Origin: an uncultured Spirochaetota bacterium
GTDB taxonomy: Bacteria > Spirochaetota > Spirochaetia > SZUA-6 > Fen-1364
Assembly: GCA_963781885.1 (NCBI GenBank)
Contig: CAWAHW010000007.1
Location: forward strand, 224,001-288,000
Direction of reading: 5' to 3'
DNA: 64,000 bases
Notes under the pieces: generated by a model
What the model was told of the DNA's origin: nothing
Seen by the model: only the letters and a program-made list of their open reading frames with translations
The model's database searches: none
Program-made: the position numbers and the translations under genes
Part shown: one piece after another, positions 41,464 through 51,523 of the stretch
How positions within the stretch are numbered: the stretch's first letter is position 1
Layout of the letters: every line of letters starts with the position of its first letter

Positions 41464-43428
41464 ATGAGCATGCAGACTCCTTTCGTTCGCCTGCCGGCCG
41501 GTGTCGGCGCGCGAGGCGCCGGTTTCGAGATAAAGGAAGAGGCGGGCATACCGTTTCTTGTGGAGAACGGCCTGCCGTTCCAGACCTTTTTCGACGCAGA
41601 CAATCGGGAAAGGGTGGGCCTCAATGGCACGTGGCGATTCCGGGAGGACCCGCGCGACAGAGGCCTGCGCGATGGCTGGCAGGACGGCCGCATGCGGGGA
41701 GAAGCGGAGCCTGTGGAGGTTCCCTCTGTCTTCAATGCCGCGGCAAGCGGAAGGACGACATATCTCGGCCCTGTCTGGTATGCGCGCGGATTCACCGTCG
41801 GAGGCCTGCCCCGCGACGGCCGTCTTCTTCTCCTGCGGTTCGACGGCGTTCTGATGCGCGCCGCCGTCTGGCTGAACGGGAAGCGCCTTGGCGGCCGCGA
41901 GGGTGGATACGGAAGCTTCGCGCTGGATACGGCGGGGACGCTGAACCTGTCGGGAGAGAACGTCCTGGTCGTGCGAGTGGACAACCGGCTCACCCCCTTC
42001 TCGCTTCCTCCCCTGACGTGGAAGCATCATCGCGCCGGCTGGCACACCTATGGCGGGATCTATCGTGACATTGCTCTTGAATCGCTGCGGCTGCCGTACG
42101 TGTTCAAGGTCGAATGCACCGCCGCCCCGCAGGTTTCTGGCGCTGCCTCGATGCGGGTACGGGTGCTCACGCATGCCGCTGGATCGACGGCCGGCTTCGA
42201 CGTGGCCTGCACGCTCTCCGGCCCCGATGGAGAGCCCGTCGGCCGCGCCACCGCGTCCACGTCAGCGGGGAAAGACATCGACGCCTTCACATTCGATTTT
42301 GCCGTGCCCCATCCCCGTCTCTACGCTCCATCCGATCCCGCGCTCTACAAAGTGGTCGTGTCCGCCGGCAAAGGCGGTGAGCGCGACGAGGTGCAGGTGC
42401 TCACGGGCATTCGCAGCATCCGCGTGCAGGGGGAGACGCTGCTCCTGAACGACGAATCCCTCTTCCTGAAGGGCATCTGCAAGCACGAAGACGACCCCAT
42501 TCTGGGTGCCACGCAGACGCCGGCGAGCATCTCGCGTGACCTCGACCTGATCGCCGCGCTCGGCGCGAACTACATCCGCATGACCCACTATGCCCACGCG
42601 GCGAAGGAGGTCGCCGCCGCACGGGACCGCGGTCTTCTCATGAGCGAGGAAATCGCAAACTACAAGACCGGCGCGGGCTTTGTGGAGTGGTTCTCGGAGA
42701 AGGGGAGGCTGCGGCAGATTCCTTTGCGCTGGCTGGGGAAGCGCCAGACCATGGCGCGCCGCTTCCTCTTGAACGCGCAGAAGGAGCTCGCGGAGCTGAT
42801 CGAACGGGACCGCAACAACCCCGCGGTGATCCTCTGGTACGTGGGCAATGAAACCTGGGACCTCTTTCACTCGGGAGCGCGGGCATGCGCCTGGCTTCGC
42901 GACGTGGCGCGTGCCTTGGACCCAAACCGACCCGTCAGCATGGCGGAGCTCACCTACAACAGGCCGGCATTCGATCGCCGCCGCCAGGGATCGGCGTTCA
43001 TGGACGTCGTTTCAGTCAACCTCTACTCCGGCTGGTACTACGGCAGCATGGAAGATGCGGCCGGACACCTGGATAGGCTGCACGCTGCCTTCCCCGGTCG
43101 GCCCCTGATCGTTTCGGAGTTCGGCGCGGATGCCGCCCCCGGCCGCCACGACGAGGACGGGGAATGGCGGGGCGACAAGGTGCCGGCAGGAAGGACGTAC
43201 TCGGAGGACTACCAGGCCCGGTTGCTGGAAAGCTACGCGGAAATCATTCGTCGGCGTCCGTATATCGTCGGCATGGCGCCATGGGTCTTTTCCGATTTCT
43301 ACTGCCCGGAGTTTCCCGCGAATCCGGTGCCTTTCTTCAACCTGAAAGGGATCGTGAGCGGCGACCGCACGCCCAAGCAAGGCTACGAAAGCCTGCGCCG
43401 CATCTACCGGAGCGCGGAGGGGAAATGA
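41464..43428 (+). CDS. GH2 glycoside hydrolase (beta-glucuronidase-like)
   Basis: YGGIYRD, GICKHED, ANYIRMTHY, WYVGNE, SEFGA, NLKGI. Confidence 0.9.
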   Translation: MSMQTPFVRLPAGVGARGAGFEIKEEAGIPFLVENGLPFQTFFDADNRERVGLNGTWRFREDPRDRGLRDGWQDGRMRGEAEPVEVPSVFNAAASGRTTYLGPVWYARGFTVGGLPRDGRLLLLRFDGVLMRAAVWLNGKRLGGREGGYGSFALDTAGTLNLSGENVLVVRVDNRLTPFSLPPLTWKHHRAGWHTYGGIYRDIALESLRLPYVFKVECTAAPQVSGAASMRVRVLTHAAGSTAGFDVACTLSGPDGEPVGRATASTSAGKDIDAFTFDFAVPHPRLYAPSDPALYKVVVSAGKGGERDEVQVLTGIRSIRVQGETLLLNDESLFLKGICKHEDDPILGATQTPASISRDLDLIAALGANYIRMTHYAHAAKEVAAARDRGLLMSEEIANYKTGAGFVEWFSEKGRLRQIPLRWLGKRQTMARRFLLNAQKELAELIERDRNNPAVILWYVGNETWDLFHSGARACAWLRDVARALDPNRPVSMAELTYNRPAFDRRRQGSAFMDVVSVNLYSGWYYGSMEDAAGHLDRLHAAFPGRPLIVSEFGADAAPGRHDEDGEWRGDKVPAGRTYSEDYQARLLESYAEIIRRRPYIVGMAPWVFSDFYCPEFPANPVPFFNLKGIVSGDRTPKQGYESLRRIYRSAEGK

Positions 43429-44420
43429 AGCAATTCGATTTTTCCCGGTTTCACGAAGAGCTGTACCCTGCCTGGGAGCGTCAGTTCCAGAGGGACGGCG
43501 GCATCGGGGAGTTCGGGTTCCTTCCCGGCGCGCCGACCTGCTCGTATGGCACGACCGACACTCTCATCAGTCGCTATACCATGAATACTCTGGACCTTGC
43601 GGAGGCGGACCGGGATGCGTGGGCGAGCGTGATCAACAGGTTCCAGGACGAGCAGGGCTGGTATACAAAGACGCACACGCGCCATCACCGGGAGCACACC
43701 ACGGCCTACGCGGTGGCAGCCCTCACGCTGCTGGGACGGCGTCCCGCGCGGCCGCTCGCATGGGCGGCGCCGCTGATCAAGGATCAACAGTCAATGGAAC
43801 GCTGGCTGGCCGGCGTTCACTGGTCCATCATCTGGCCCGGCTCCCACATCGTTTCGGGCGTGCCCGCCGCACTCGCCATGACGGGCGAGGGGACCGATGA
43901 GTTCTTTTCCTGGTACTTTGACTGGCTGGATCGGGAGGCCGATCCGCGCTCGGGATTCTGGTGCCGCGGTCTTGTGCATCGCCTGGCCATGATCCCCCGC
44001 CCCACGAAGCACGAGATGGGCGGCGCCTTCCACATGTACTACGTCTATGAATACATGAAGCGGAAATGGCGGTATCCCGAGCGGATCGTGGACGAGGCGC
44101 TTCGCCTCCAGCACGCAAATGGCCTGTGGGACGGGGAGGTCACATACTGCATCGACTTGGACGGGCTGTACTGCTGCACGCGCTCCAGCAGGAATGCCGG
44201 CGGCTACCGCAAGGACGACATTGCCGCCTCCTGCGCGCGGTATCTGGAAACGGCGGAGCGCACGCTGAATGACCGCGATTTCCTGTTCGCGCATTATCGC
44301 AATACGCATCGACTCACCGGCGCGCTCTCCGCCATCGCCGAGTGCGCGCTTTTTTTCCCCGAGATGGTGCGGACGCCCCGACCCTGGCGGCAGTCTCTCG
44401 ACGTCGCCTGCTACATCTGA
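43425..44420 (+). CDS. Hypothetical protein, possible alpha/alpha-toroid (prenyltransferase-repeat-like)
   Basis: Recurrent FQDEQGWY / ADPRSGFW / LQHANGLW motifs; ATGA overlap with GH2. Confidence 0.6.
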   Translation: MKQFDFSRFHEELYPAWERQFQRDGGIGEFGFLPGAPTCSYGTTDTLISRYTMNTLDLAEADRDAWASVINRFQDEQGWYTKTHTRHHREHTTAYAVAALTLLGRRPARPLAWAAPLIKDQQSMERWLAGVHWSIIWPGSHIVSGVPAALAMTGEGTDEFFSWYFDWLDREADPRSGFWCRGLVHRLAMIPRPTKHEMGGAFHMYYVYEYMKRKWRYPERIVDEALRLQHANGLWDGEVTYCIDLDGLYCCTRSSRNAGGYRKDDIAASCARYLETAERTLNDRDFLFAHYRNTHRLTGALSAIAECALFFPEMVRTPRPWRQSLDVACYI

Positions 44421-44434
44421 ACGGAGGACAGACG

Positions 44435-45787
44435 ATGGACGGCAAGAAAGCTTTGAGTGTTTCGGCCAAGCTCGGGTACGGGGTCGGCGATTTCGGCACA
44501 AACATCGTGCTGAACGCGACGACCCTCTACCTGCTGTATTTCTACACCGACGTGTTCGGCATATCGGCGGCCTTTGCCGGGATCATCTTCCTGGTGTCGA
44601 AGCTATGGAACGCGTGCATCGATCCATTCGTGGGCCAGCTTGTCGACCGCACCCGTTCCCGCTGGGGCCGCAAGCGGCCCTATCTCCTGTTCGGCGCGGT
44701 GCCTTTTGCCGCGGCGTTCTTCCTGCTCTTTGCCGGTCCCCATCTCGACCCGACCGGCCGCGCCATCTATGCCATGGCGAGCTTCCTCCTTTTCGGCACC
44801 GCGCTGGCCTTCGTGAACATTCCCTATTCGTCGCTCACGTACGTCATGACCGATGACGCCCACGAGCGCTCGTCCCTGTCGGGGTACCGCATGACCTTCG
44901 CAATAATCGGCACGCTGATCGCCGGGGTCGCCGTCCGCCCCGTGGCCGGTCTTTTCAAGACCGAAGCGGCCGGCTTTCGCGTGGTCGGGGTCGTCTTCGG
45001 GCTCGTGCTCGCGGCGGCGACTTTCATCGCGTTCCGATCGTCCTTCGAGGGGAAGCAGGAGTCACGGGAAAAGCGTGTCAGTTTCCTCCAGAACCTGAAG
45101 TCCCTCGGGTCAAACGGGCCCTTCCTCCTCCTGGGTCTCGCCTTTGTCGCGTGCACCGTCTCCAACTACGTCATCGCATCGACCATCAATTACTACTTCA
45201 AGTACGTCCTGGCCGCGGAAGGAATGACCTCCATCGGGTTCCTCAGCCTTTTCGCCGCCGCGATTGCCGCGGTGCCGCTGTGGCTGGCTGTCTCGCGCCG
45301 GTTCGGAAAGAAGACGGCATTCCTGGCCGGGATGATCCTGCTCGCCGCGGCGCTGGGCGTCTTCTCCTTCCTTCCGGCACCTACGACCGTGCTCGTCCTT
45401 CTGCTGCTGGTGCTCGCCGGCGTCGGCGTTTCCACGATTTATCTTTTTCCCTGGGCCATGATCCCCGACACGGTGGAGTATTCTCTCTGGCGCAGCGGCG
45501 TACGGCAGGAGGGTTTCCTCTACGGATTTTTCACATTCGGCTTGAAGCTTTCGCAGGCATTCGCCGGATTCCTTGCGGGCTTTCTCCTCGATGCGTTCGG
45601 CTACAGCCCGAATGCCGCGCAGACACCCCGTTCCCTCCATGGCATCTCGCTCCTCATGACGCGCGTCCCGCTGGCTTTCCTGGTCGTCGGGATCGTCCTT
45701 CTCTTCTTCTACCCGCTGGGTGCAAGGACGTATGCGCGGATGGAGACCGAGATGAAGGCTCGCCGCGAAAGCGAGCCCGCGCGCTGA
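44435..45787 (+). CDS. Glycoside-pentoside-hexuronide (GPH) MFS symporter
   Basis: KLGYGVGDFG, DRTRSRWGRKRPY, NIPYSSL, WAMIPDTVEY. Confidence 0.92.
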   Translation: MDGKKALSVSAKLGYGVGDFGTNIVLNATTLYLLYFYTDVFGISAAFAGIIFLVSKLWNACIDPFVGQLVDRTRSRWGRKRPYLLFGAVPFAAAFFLLFAGPHLDPTGRAIYAMASFLLFGTALAFVNIPYSSLTYVMTDDAHERSSLSGYRMTFAIIGTLIAGVAVRPVAGLFKTEAAGFRVVGVVFGLVLAAATFIAFRSSFEGKQESREKRVSFLQNLKSLGSNGPFLLLGLAFVACTVSNYVIASTINYYFKYVLAAEGMTSIGFLSLFAAAIAAVPLWLAVSRRFGKKTAFLAGMILLAAALGVFSFLPAPTTVLVLLLLVLAGVGVSTIYLFPWAMIPDTVEYSLWRSGVRQEGFLYGFFTFGLKLSQAFAGFLAGFLLDAFGYSPNAAQTPRSLHGISLLMTRVPLAFLVVGIVLLFFYPLGARTYARMETEMKARRESEPAR

Positions 45788-45809
45788 GGGCGTCACCAGG
45801 AGCGCGGTA

Positions 45810-45837
45810 TTAACGAAGAATTCATCCCCTCTTAACA
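45810..45837 (+). promoter_or_regulatory. Pho-box-like array upstream of the second STAS gene
   Basis: TTAACG/TTCATC/TTAACA at 45810, 45821 and 45832. Confidence 0.65.
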
Positions 45838-45901
45838 GAACCGCCGTTTCGCGGTGGTATCTCTTTTCCCGTCCGCCGGCGTTACAGAAGAGGAGGGAAG
45901 C

Positions 45902-46312
45902 ATGGAAATCAAATGCCGCGACGTCGAAAGCGCCTGCATCTTCGAGGTGACAGGCGATGTGGATGCGTACAATGCGCACGAGATCAAGGACAGCGTCTCC
46001 GCGGCGGTCGACAGGGGAATGACCGCGCACGTGATCAACATGAAAAAGACGACACGACTCGATTCCTCCGGCATCGGGACCCTGATTTCCCTCAGCGCGG
46101 CGCTCGCCCGCAAAGGGCTCGCTTTTTTCATCGTGAACGTCCCCGCGCACATCATGCAGGTGCTCGAGCTTACCCGGACGCGCGGCATCATCCCCACGAC
46201 GAGCACCGTGCTGGCGGCTTTTCATGCCATCGGGATGATTCCGGGAGCGGCACCGGCGCAAACACGCCAGGATACGAAGGATGGGGCGCGGGACTTGTCT
46301 CTCGCCTCATGA
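45902..46312 (+). CDS. STAS anti-sigma-factor antagonist, paralogue of 15402-15758
   Basis: GDVDAYNA, RLDSSGIG, VLELTR; GGAGG RBS. Confidence 0.88.
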   Translation: MEIKCRDVESACIFEVTGDVDAYNAHEIKDSVSAAVDRGMTAHVINMKKTTRLDSSGIGTLISLSAALARKGLAFFIVNVPAHIMQVLELTRTRGIIPTTSTVLAAFHAIGMIPGAAPAQTRQDTKDGARDLSLAS

Positions 46313-46400
46313 CCGGTGCCCCGCCCGCCGCGGGAGGATGCCTGCATTCATTTGCATTCCGGCACCCTTCGGATAGAATCGATATGCGGAGGCAAAAAGT

Positions 46401-46595
46401 ATGGCACGGATGAAGGGCGTCCCGGGGCAGGCTTTCGATATCAGCAGCATTTGGATTTCGGACGAAGGACGATTCGAGTTCATCCTGAGCGACGATCAAA
46501 GCATCGTGCGGACCGGGCCGACGATCGCTGACGCAGAGGCGTTTGCCGCCCTGATCCACCAGGTCATCGAGGACCACAGAAAAAGCAAGACATAG
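46401..46595 (+). CDS. Small hypothetical protein
   Basis: GGAGG RBS, globular composition, fills the intergenic gap. Confidence 0.5.
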   Translation: MARMKGVPGQAFDISSIWISDEGRFEFILSDDQSIVRTGPTIADAEAFAALIHQVIEDHRKSKT

Positions 46596-46651
46596 AACGA
46601 CAGGCCTGCGGTGCGAAGGGCATGGCGATATGACGACCAAGGGGGGCACGG

Positions 46652-47158
46652 ATGCCAGTTTTTGTCGGCTATGCGACGCGAAACGGCTCGACGCGGGAAG
46701 TCGCCGAAGCGATAGCGGCGACGTTGCGTGAGAACGGGCTTGAAGTCGATCTTGGACCGGTCCGGGAGGCGCGTTCCCTCGGAAGCTACCGGCTGGTCGT
46801 CCTGGGCGCGGCGCTGTACATGTTCCATTTGCACCGGGACGCGCTGGCATTTCTTGCGCGGCACCGTGAAGTCCTGGCGCAGAAATCCGTGGCGGTATTC
46901 GCGCTGGGCCCCTTCAACGACGAGGAAAAGGAGTGGCAGACCGTGCGCGGTCAGCTGGAGACGGAGCTCGCGAAGTTTCCCTGGCTTACGCCGGTCGCCC
47001 ACGAGGTGTTTGGCGGCAAATTCGACCCGGCGAAGCTCCGCTTCCCGATGAATCTCATCCCTGCCATGAAGAAATTGCCGGCGAGCGATATCCGCGACTG
47101 GACTGCCATCCGCAAATGGGCATCTGACCTGGCCGGGAAGCTGCGCGCGGACAATTGA
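46652..47158 (+). CDS. Flavodoxin-domain protein (HemG-like)
   Basis: YATRNGSTREVAEAIA, FGGK, DIRDWTAIRKWA. Confidence 0.85.
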   Translation: MPVFVGYATRNGSTREVAEAIAATLRENGLEVDLGPVREARSLGSYRLVVLGAALYMFHLHRDALAFLARHREVLAQKSVAVFALGPFNDEEKEWQTVRGQLETELAKFPWLTPVAHEVFGGKFDPAKLRFPMNLIPAMKKLPASDIRDWTAIRKWASDLAGKLRADN

Positions 47159-47187
47159 CCGAGGCTGCGGAATGGGCCGAGGGTGCG

Positions 47188-48156
47188 CTATCCCGGTGGG
47201 TAGGCCCCTTCGCGCTTCCAGACGTCCATCATCAGCTCGTAGCGGGAAAGCGACATGCCCGTGTAGACGCAGTTGCTGGTGGAAAAGACGTAGCCGCCGC
47301 CCGGCATGCCGTTCCGCAGGGCGTCGCGGCAGGATTCCACGACCTGCTCGTCAGTCCCCGTCTGCAGCAGCCCGCAGTTGACGTTGCCGATCAGGCACAC
47401 ACGCTTCCCGTACTTTCGCTTCACCTCCGCAATATTCACGCCGGCCTGCGGATCCAGCGAGTGCAGGGCATCGGGCCGGCAGTCCACGATCTGGTCGACG
47501 ATCGGCATGATGTTGCCGTCCGTGTGCTTGATGGTGTAGTAGCCCATGGATCGATAGCCCGCGATGAGCCGGGCAAGGTGGGGGGTGACGAACTCCGCGA
47601 ACTGGGAAGGGCTCAGGAAGGGTCCCGTGTTCAGGCAGTAGTCCGTGCAGAGGGCAAGACCGTCAAAGATGCCCTTGCCGGCAAGACGCGCGAAGCGTTC
47701 CAGGCCGCGGGAGACCATCAGGGTGCACTCCCGCTGCACCCCCTGAGGGTCGTCGGCAAGCCGGAAGGAGAATTCCTCCATGTCGCTGCCATCCGGCATG
47801 CCCAGCGTGGCATCCGCGTGGCACATGAGGAAGTACCGCGTCCCGGTCTGCTCCCGGATGTACTCCGCCGTGCGCAGCTCTGAGTCGGGCATCCCGGGGA
47901 CCTCGTGCACGAAGATGGCGCAGTGATCGAAGCGCCGCGCCGTCTCGATGTACGAATCGCCCGCGTCGGCGACCTGCCGGCGCTTCTCTTTCCCGCTCAT
48001 CTGGTCCCACTGGGAGAGCGAGCGGTGCGATGGATGCACTTTGCCAAGCAGCTCCATCGTGAGGAAAAAGACGAGCTCGAAAGTGGGAACGTGCCCCGGG
48101 GCCTGCTTCCCTTCCAGGGCGGTGATGAACTTCTGGCGGGGCGTGAGGGTGTCCAT
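47188..48156 (-). CDS. Uroporphyrinogen decarboxylase (UroD/MtaA/CmuA)-family protein
   Basis: KHTDGNI, LHSLDPQAG, LIGNVN, GGGYVFSTSNC. Confidence 0.85.
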   Translation of the reverse strand: MDTLTPRQKFITALEGKQAPGHVPTFELVFFLTMELLGKVHPSHRSLSQWDQMSGKEKRRQVADAGDSYIETARRFDHCAIFVHEVPGMPDSELRTAEYIREQTGTRYFLMCHADATLGMPDGSDMEEFSFRLADDPQGVQRECTLMVSRGLERFARLAGKGIFDGLALCTDYCLNTGPFLSPSQFAEFVTPHLARLIAGYRSMGYYTIKHTDGNIMPIVDQIVDCRPDALHSLDPQAGVNIAEVKRKYGKRVCLIGNVNCGLLQTGTDEQVVESCRDALRNGMPGGGYVFSTSNCVYTGMSLSRYELMMDVWKREGAYPPG

Positions 48157-48162
48157 GAGGCC

Positions 48163-49061
48163 CTATCCCTTGATTGCGCCCGATACCAGACCGCGCACGA
48201 AATAGCGCTGGAGGCAGAAGAAGACGATGAGCGGAACGCTCATGGTGATGAAAGCCGCGGCGCTCAGGACGTCCCACTGCAGCATGGTGTTCAGCGCCAG
48301 CATCTTGCTGATGCCGACCGTCAGGGGCTGGCGGCTCGCGTTCTGCATGAAGACAAGGGACACCAGCAGATCGTTCCACACCCAGAGGAACTGGAATATC
48401 GTATAGGAGGCAATGATCGGCAGGGAAAGCGGCGTCACGATGTTGAAGGAGATCGAGACCTCCGACGCGCCGTCCATGCGCGCGGCCTCTATCAGCTCAC
48501 GCGGAAGAGAGGCGAAGGAGTTGCGGAACATGAAGACCGCCAGGGGAAGGGCGAATGCCGAATGGATGAGCCATATGCCCGGAAACGAACCCACGAGCTT
48601 CACGGCGTTGAGCATCCGGAGCACGGGAACGAACGCCATCTGCTGGGGCACGATGAGCAGGGCCACGATCACCAGGAAGAGCCAGCCGCTGCCCCGGAAC
48701 CTGATCCAGGCGAACCCATAGGCGGCAAGCACGGCAAACAGGACGGGGATGATTGTTGAAGGAATGGTGATGATGAAGCTGTTGATGAGATTCACCGCCA
48801 GACTGCCCACCGTGCCGTGGGAGGTGAGGACGCGCGCGTAATTCGCCAGGGAGAACCGCAGCTGGACGAACGCGAGCCACCAGCCCCCGGAGTAGATGTC
48901 ATTGCTCGGCCGGAAAACGTCACCAGGAGCCCCACGGCGGGAACCAGCCAGACCACCGACAGCAGGAAAAGCACGATGTGCAGCGGCGCTTTCCGCAGCC
49001 AGCGAAGACCGGCCCTTCGATGTGTCTTGCGCAAGACGGCTTCGGGCATTGTCGTGCTCAT
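48163..49061 (-). CDS. Carbohydrate ABC permease (MalG-like), frameshift ~48915
   Basis: ELIEAARMDGAS EAA loop, FLWVWNDLL, QRYFVRGL. Confidence 0.85.
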
Positions 49062-49973
49062 CTCAGGGTGTCCTCTTGCCGGAAACGTCGTATGTTGAAG
49101 ACGATCAACGGGAGGATGAGCAGCAGCATGATGACGGCGATTGCGCTGCCGTATCCGATGCGGGCGCTCTGGAAGACCTCGATGTACTGCGTGAAGGCGA
49201 TGACGCGCGCCGAGCCTGCCGGCCCGCCCGTTCGCCCTCCCATGATGAAGATCAGGTCGTAGACCTTGATGACGGCAATGATGTCGTTGATGATCAGGAA
49301 GGACAGGAGCGGGGCCAGGAGCGGCACCTGGATATTGCGGAAGATCCTCCAGCCGCCGGCGCCCTCTACGTGGGCCGCCTCGATGAGCTCATGCGGAATG
49401 GCTTTGAGGCCGGCGGAGAGCACGACGAGCGCAAAACCCGTGGACATCCAGACCGCGGCGCCGATGATGGCGATGTTCACCAGACGCACGTCGCCCGTCC
49501 ATGAGATCGGATGGAAGCCGGGAATGAGCGCGGCGAGCACGGCGTTGATCAGGCCGATCTTCGGATCGGGTGCGTACATGAAAGTCCAGATGACGCCCGC
49601 CGCCGTGTAGGAAATCGCCATGGGCATGAAGACGATCGACTTCACGATGGATTCGTAGCGCACCTTGTCGGCAAAGACGGAGATGAGGAGCCCAAAGCCG
49701 ATGGTGAGGGTGGGGAAAAGAATCAGCCAGACGCCATTGTTGACGAGAGAGCCCGACGGGGGAAACCTCGACAACTTCAGGAAGAAGGGATCCTGGGTCA
49801 GGAGACGGAGGTAGTTTCGAAATCCGACGAAGGTCCGGGGATTGTAGCCCATGCCTTCGAAGAAGCTGAGGCGGATCGTCACGAGCATGGGGTAGACCAC
49901 GAAGACTGCCATCAGGACGACAGACCGGCAGCACGAACAGCCAGCCGATGACATTGCGATTCGTTGTATGCAT
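49058..49973 (-). CDS. Carbohydrate ABC permease (MalF-like), frameshift ~49925
   Basis: FVGFRNY, FMPMAIS, ELIEAAHVEGA, GYGSAIAV. Confidence 0.85.
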
Positions 49974-50028
49974 TCGTTACCTCATGTGCGCGGCGATCAC
50001 AAGCGGCAATGGCCGGGGAGCCCCTCAT

Positions 50029-50060
50029 TGCAGCCCGGCCTGAAGAGGCGCCGGGCTGCA
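50029..50060 (-). terminator. Hairpin downstream of the sugar-binding-protein gene
   Basis: TGCAGCCCGGC-N10-GCCGGGCTGCA. Confidence 0.55.
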
Positions 50061-50082
50061 GAATAACGGGGATGCACCTTCC

Positions 50083-51363
50083 TTAGTAGACGGTCTTTGC
50101 AAAAGCTTCCAATTCGCCGGCGATGCGGTCCACATCGGCAGGGTGCGCAAGGAGGTCCTGAAGCTTCGTCATCTCGAAGTCCCCGCCGAAGGCCGAGGGG
50201 GCCATGTCGGAGCCGTCAAAGACGAAGGTTTTTGCCGCGGTGATCTGCTGCATCTGCTTGAGCGCCATGGGGCTGGAGTACGCGCCCGCGCTCACCAGCT
50301 TGTTGGGGATGACGCAGGCGGCCCCTGCCAGAATCTCCCCCGGTTCCTTTGTGGAGAGATAATGGATGAACGTCCGCGCTTCGGGGGAGTCGCGGAAGAG
50401 GCAGGCAAAGTCGGCGCCGCCGGTGACGGGGTCGCCGTACTTCGGATCGATCGAGGGGAAGGGGAAGAAGTCGATGGTGACCCCTTCCTTGAGGTTTGTG
50501 TTGACGTCCTGCATGGCGGTGGCTCCCGCGAAGCCGCCCTCGGAGACCATGAGGGACGATGGCGTGGTGCTGAACACCTTCCGGACGCTTTCTCCGTACT
50601 GGGTTGCCAGGGCCGCCGTGATGCCGCCATCCACGTAGCCGGGAGTGGCGAAGATGTGCGCCATGAGTGACAGCGCCTTCTTCACGACCGGGTCCGTCCA
50701 TGCCAGCTTGTGGCTGATGTGAAGGTTGTTGTAGTTGTCCGCTGTCGTCACGCGGATCAGGATGTTCTCGAACCAGTCGCTCAAGCACCAGCCTTCCCCT
50801 GAAATGGCGAAGGGCGCGACGCCGGCCGCGACCGCCTTGTCGGCGACAGCCATGAGCTGATCCCACGTCTTGGGGATGGAGAGCCCGAACTGCTTGAAGC
50901 GCACGGGATTGTAGAAGACGAGGCTCTTCGTGTCGGCCTTGAAGGGGAAGCCGTACTGGACGCCCCCCACCTTCGCGAGCGCCATCAGCGCCGCCGGGTA
51001 AATTGCTTCGAGCTCGCCTGCCTTGAACACGCCGGCGGAGCCGTCGAGCCGGGTCAGGTTTCCGCCCTGCACGAACTCACCGATGACGGCCGGTCGCGTC
51101 TGGAGTGCAACGTCCGGCGAGTTCCCGCCCGCGATGCGCGTGCGGATGAGCGCTTCCACGTCGTCCGATTTTTCATACGTGGTCTTGATTCCCGTCTCCG
51201 TGGTGAACTTCGCGCAAATCTCGGCAAGCTTGTCTCCACCTTCGCCGCCCCAGCCGGCGACGAATACGAGCTCCTTGCTCGCAGCCCCCGCCCCCCCGGC
51301 CGCCATGAAAAAAACGGCGGCCACAAGCAGGGCAAGAAAGATCCGATTCCTTTTCGTGGACAT
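50083..51363 (-). CDS. Carbohydrate ABC substrate-binding protein
   Basis: Signal peptide, KSLVFYN, PKTWDQL, DWFEN, FDGSDMAP. Confidence 0.88.
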   Translation of the reverse strand: MSTKRNRIFLALLVAAVFFMAAGGAGAASKELVFVAGWGGEGGDKLAEICAKFTTETGIKTTYEKSDDVEALIRTRIAGGNSPDVALQTRPAVIGEFVQGGNLTRLDGSAGVFKAGELEAIYPAALMALAKVGGVQYGFPFKADTKSLVFYNPVRFKQFGLSIPKTWDQLMAVADKAVAAGVAPFAISGEGWCLSDWFENILIRVTTADNYNNLHISHKLAWTDPVVKKALSLMAHIFATPGYVDGGITAALATQYGESVRKVFSTTPSSLMVSEGGFAGATAMQDVNTNLKEGVTIDFFPFPSIDPKYGDPVTGGADFACLFRDSPEARTFIHYLSTKEPGEILAGAACVIPNKLVSAGAYSSPMALKQMQQITAAKTFVFDGSDMAPSAFGGDFEMTKLQDLLAHPADVDRIAGELEAFAKTVY

Positions 51364-51523
51364 GATCCTTTCTCCTTTATTGGATTCCTTTGTTGGACTC
51401 TCGATTCCATGCATCGAGCCATATTCTGACTGACACGTGATGCTTGCTCTCACTCCTTTCCCGCCGTGCACCCCCTTTCGTTTCTGTTATTCCCTTGCAG
51501 CGGACATTCTGCTTTTCCTGTGC

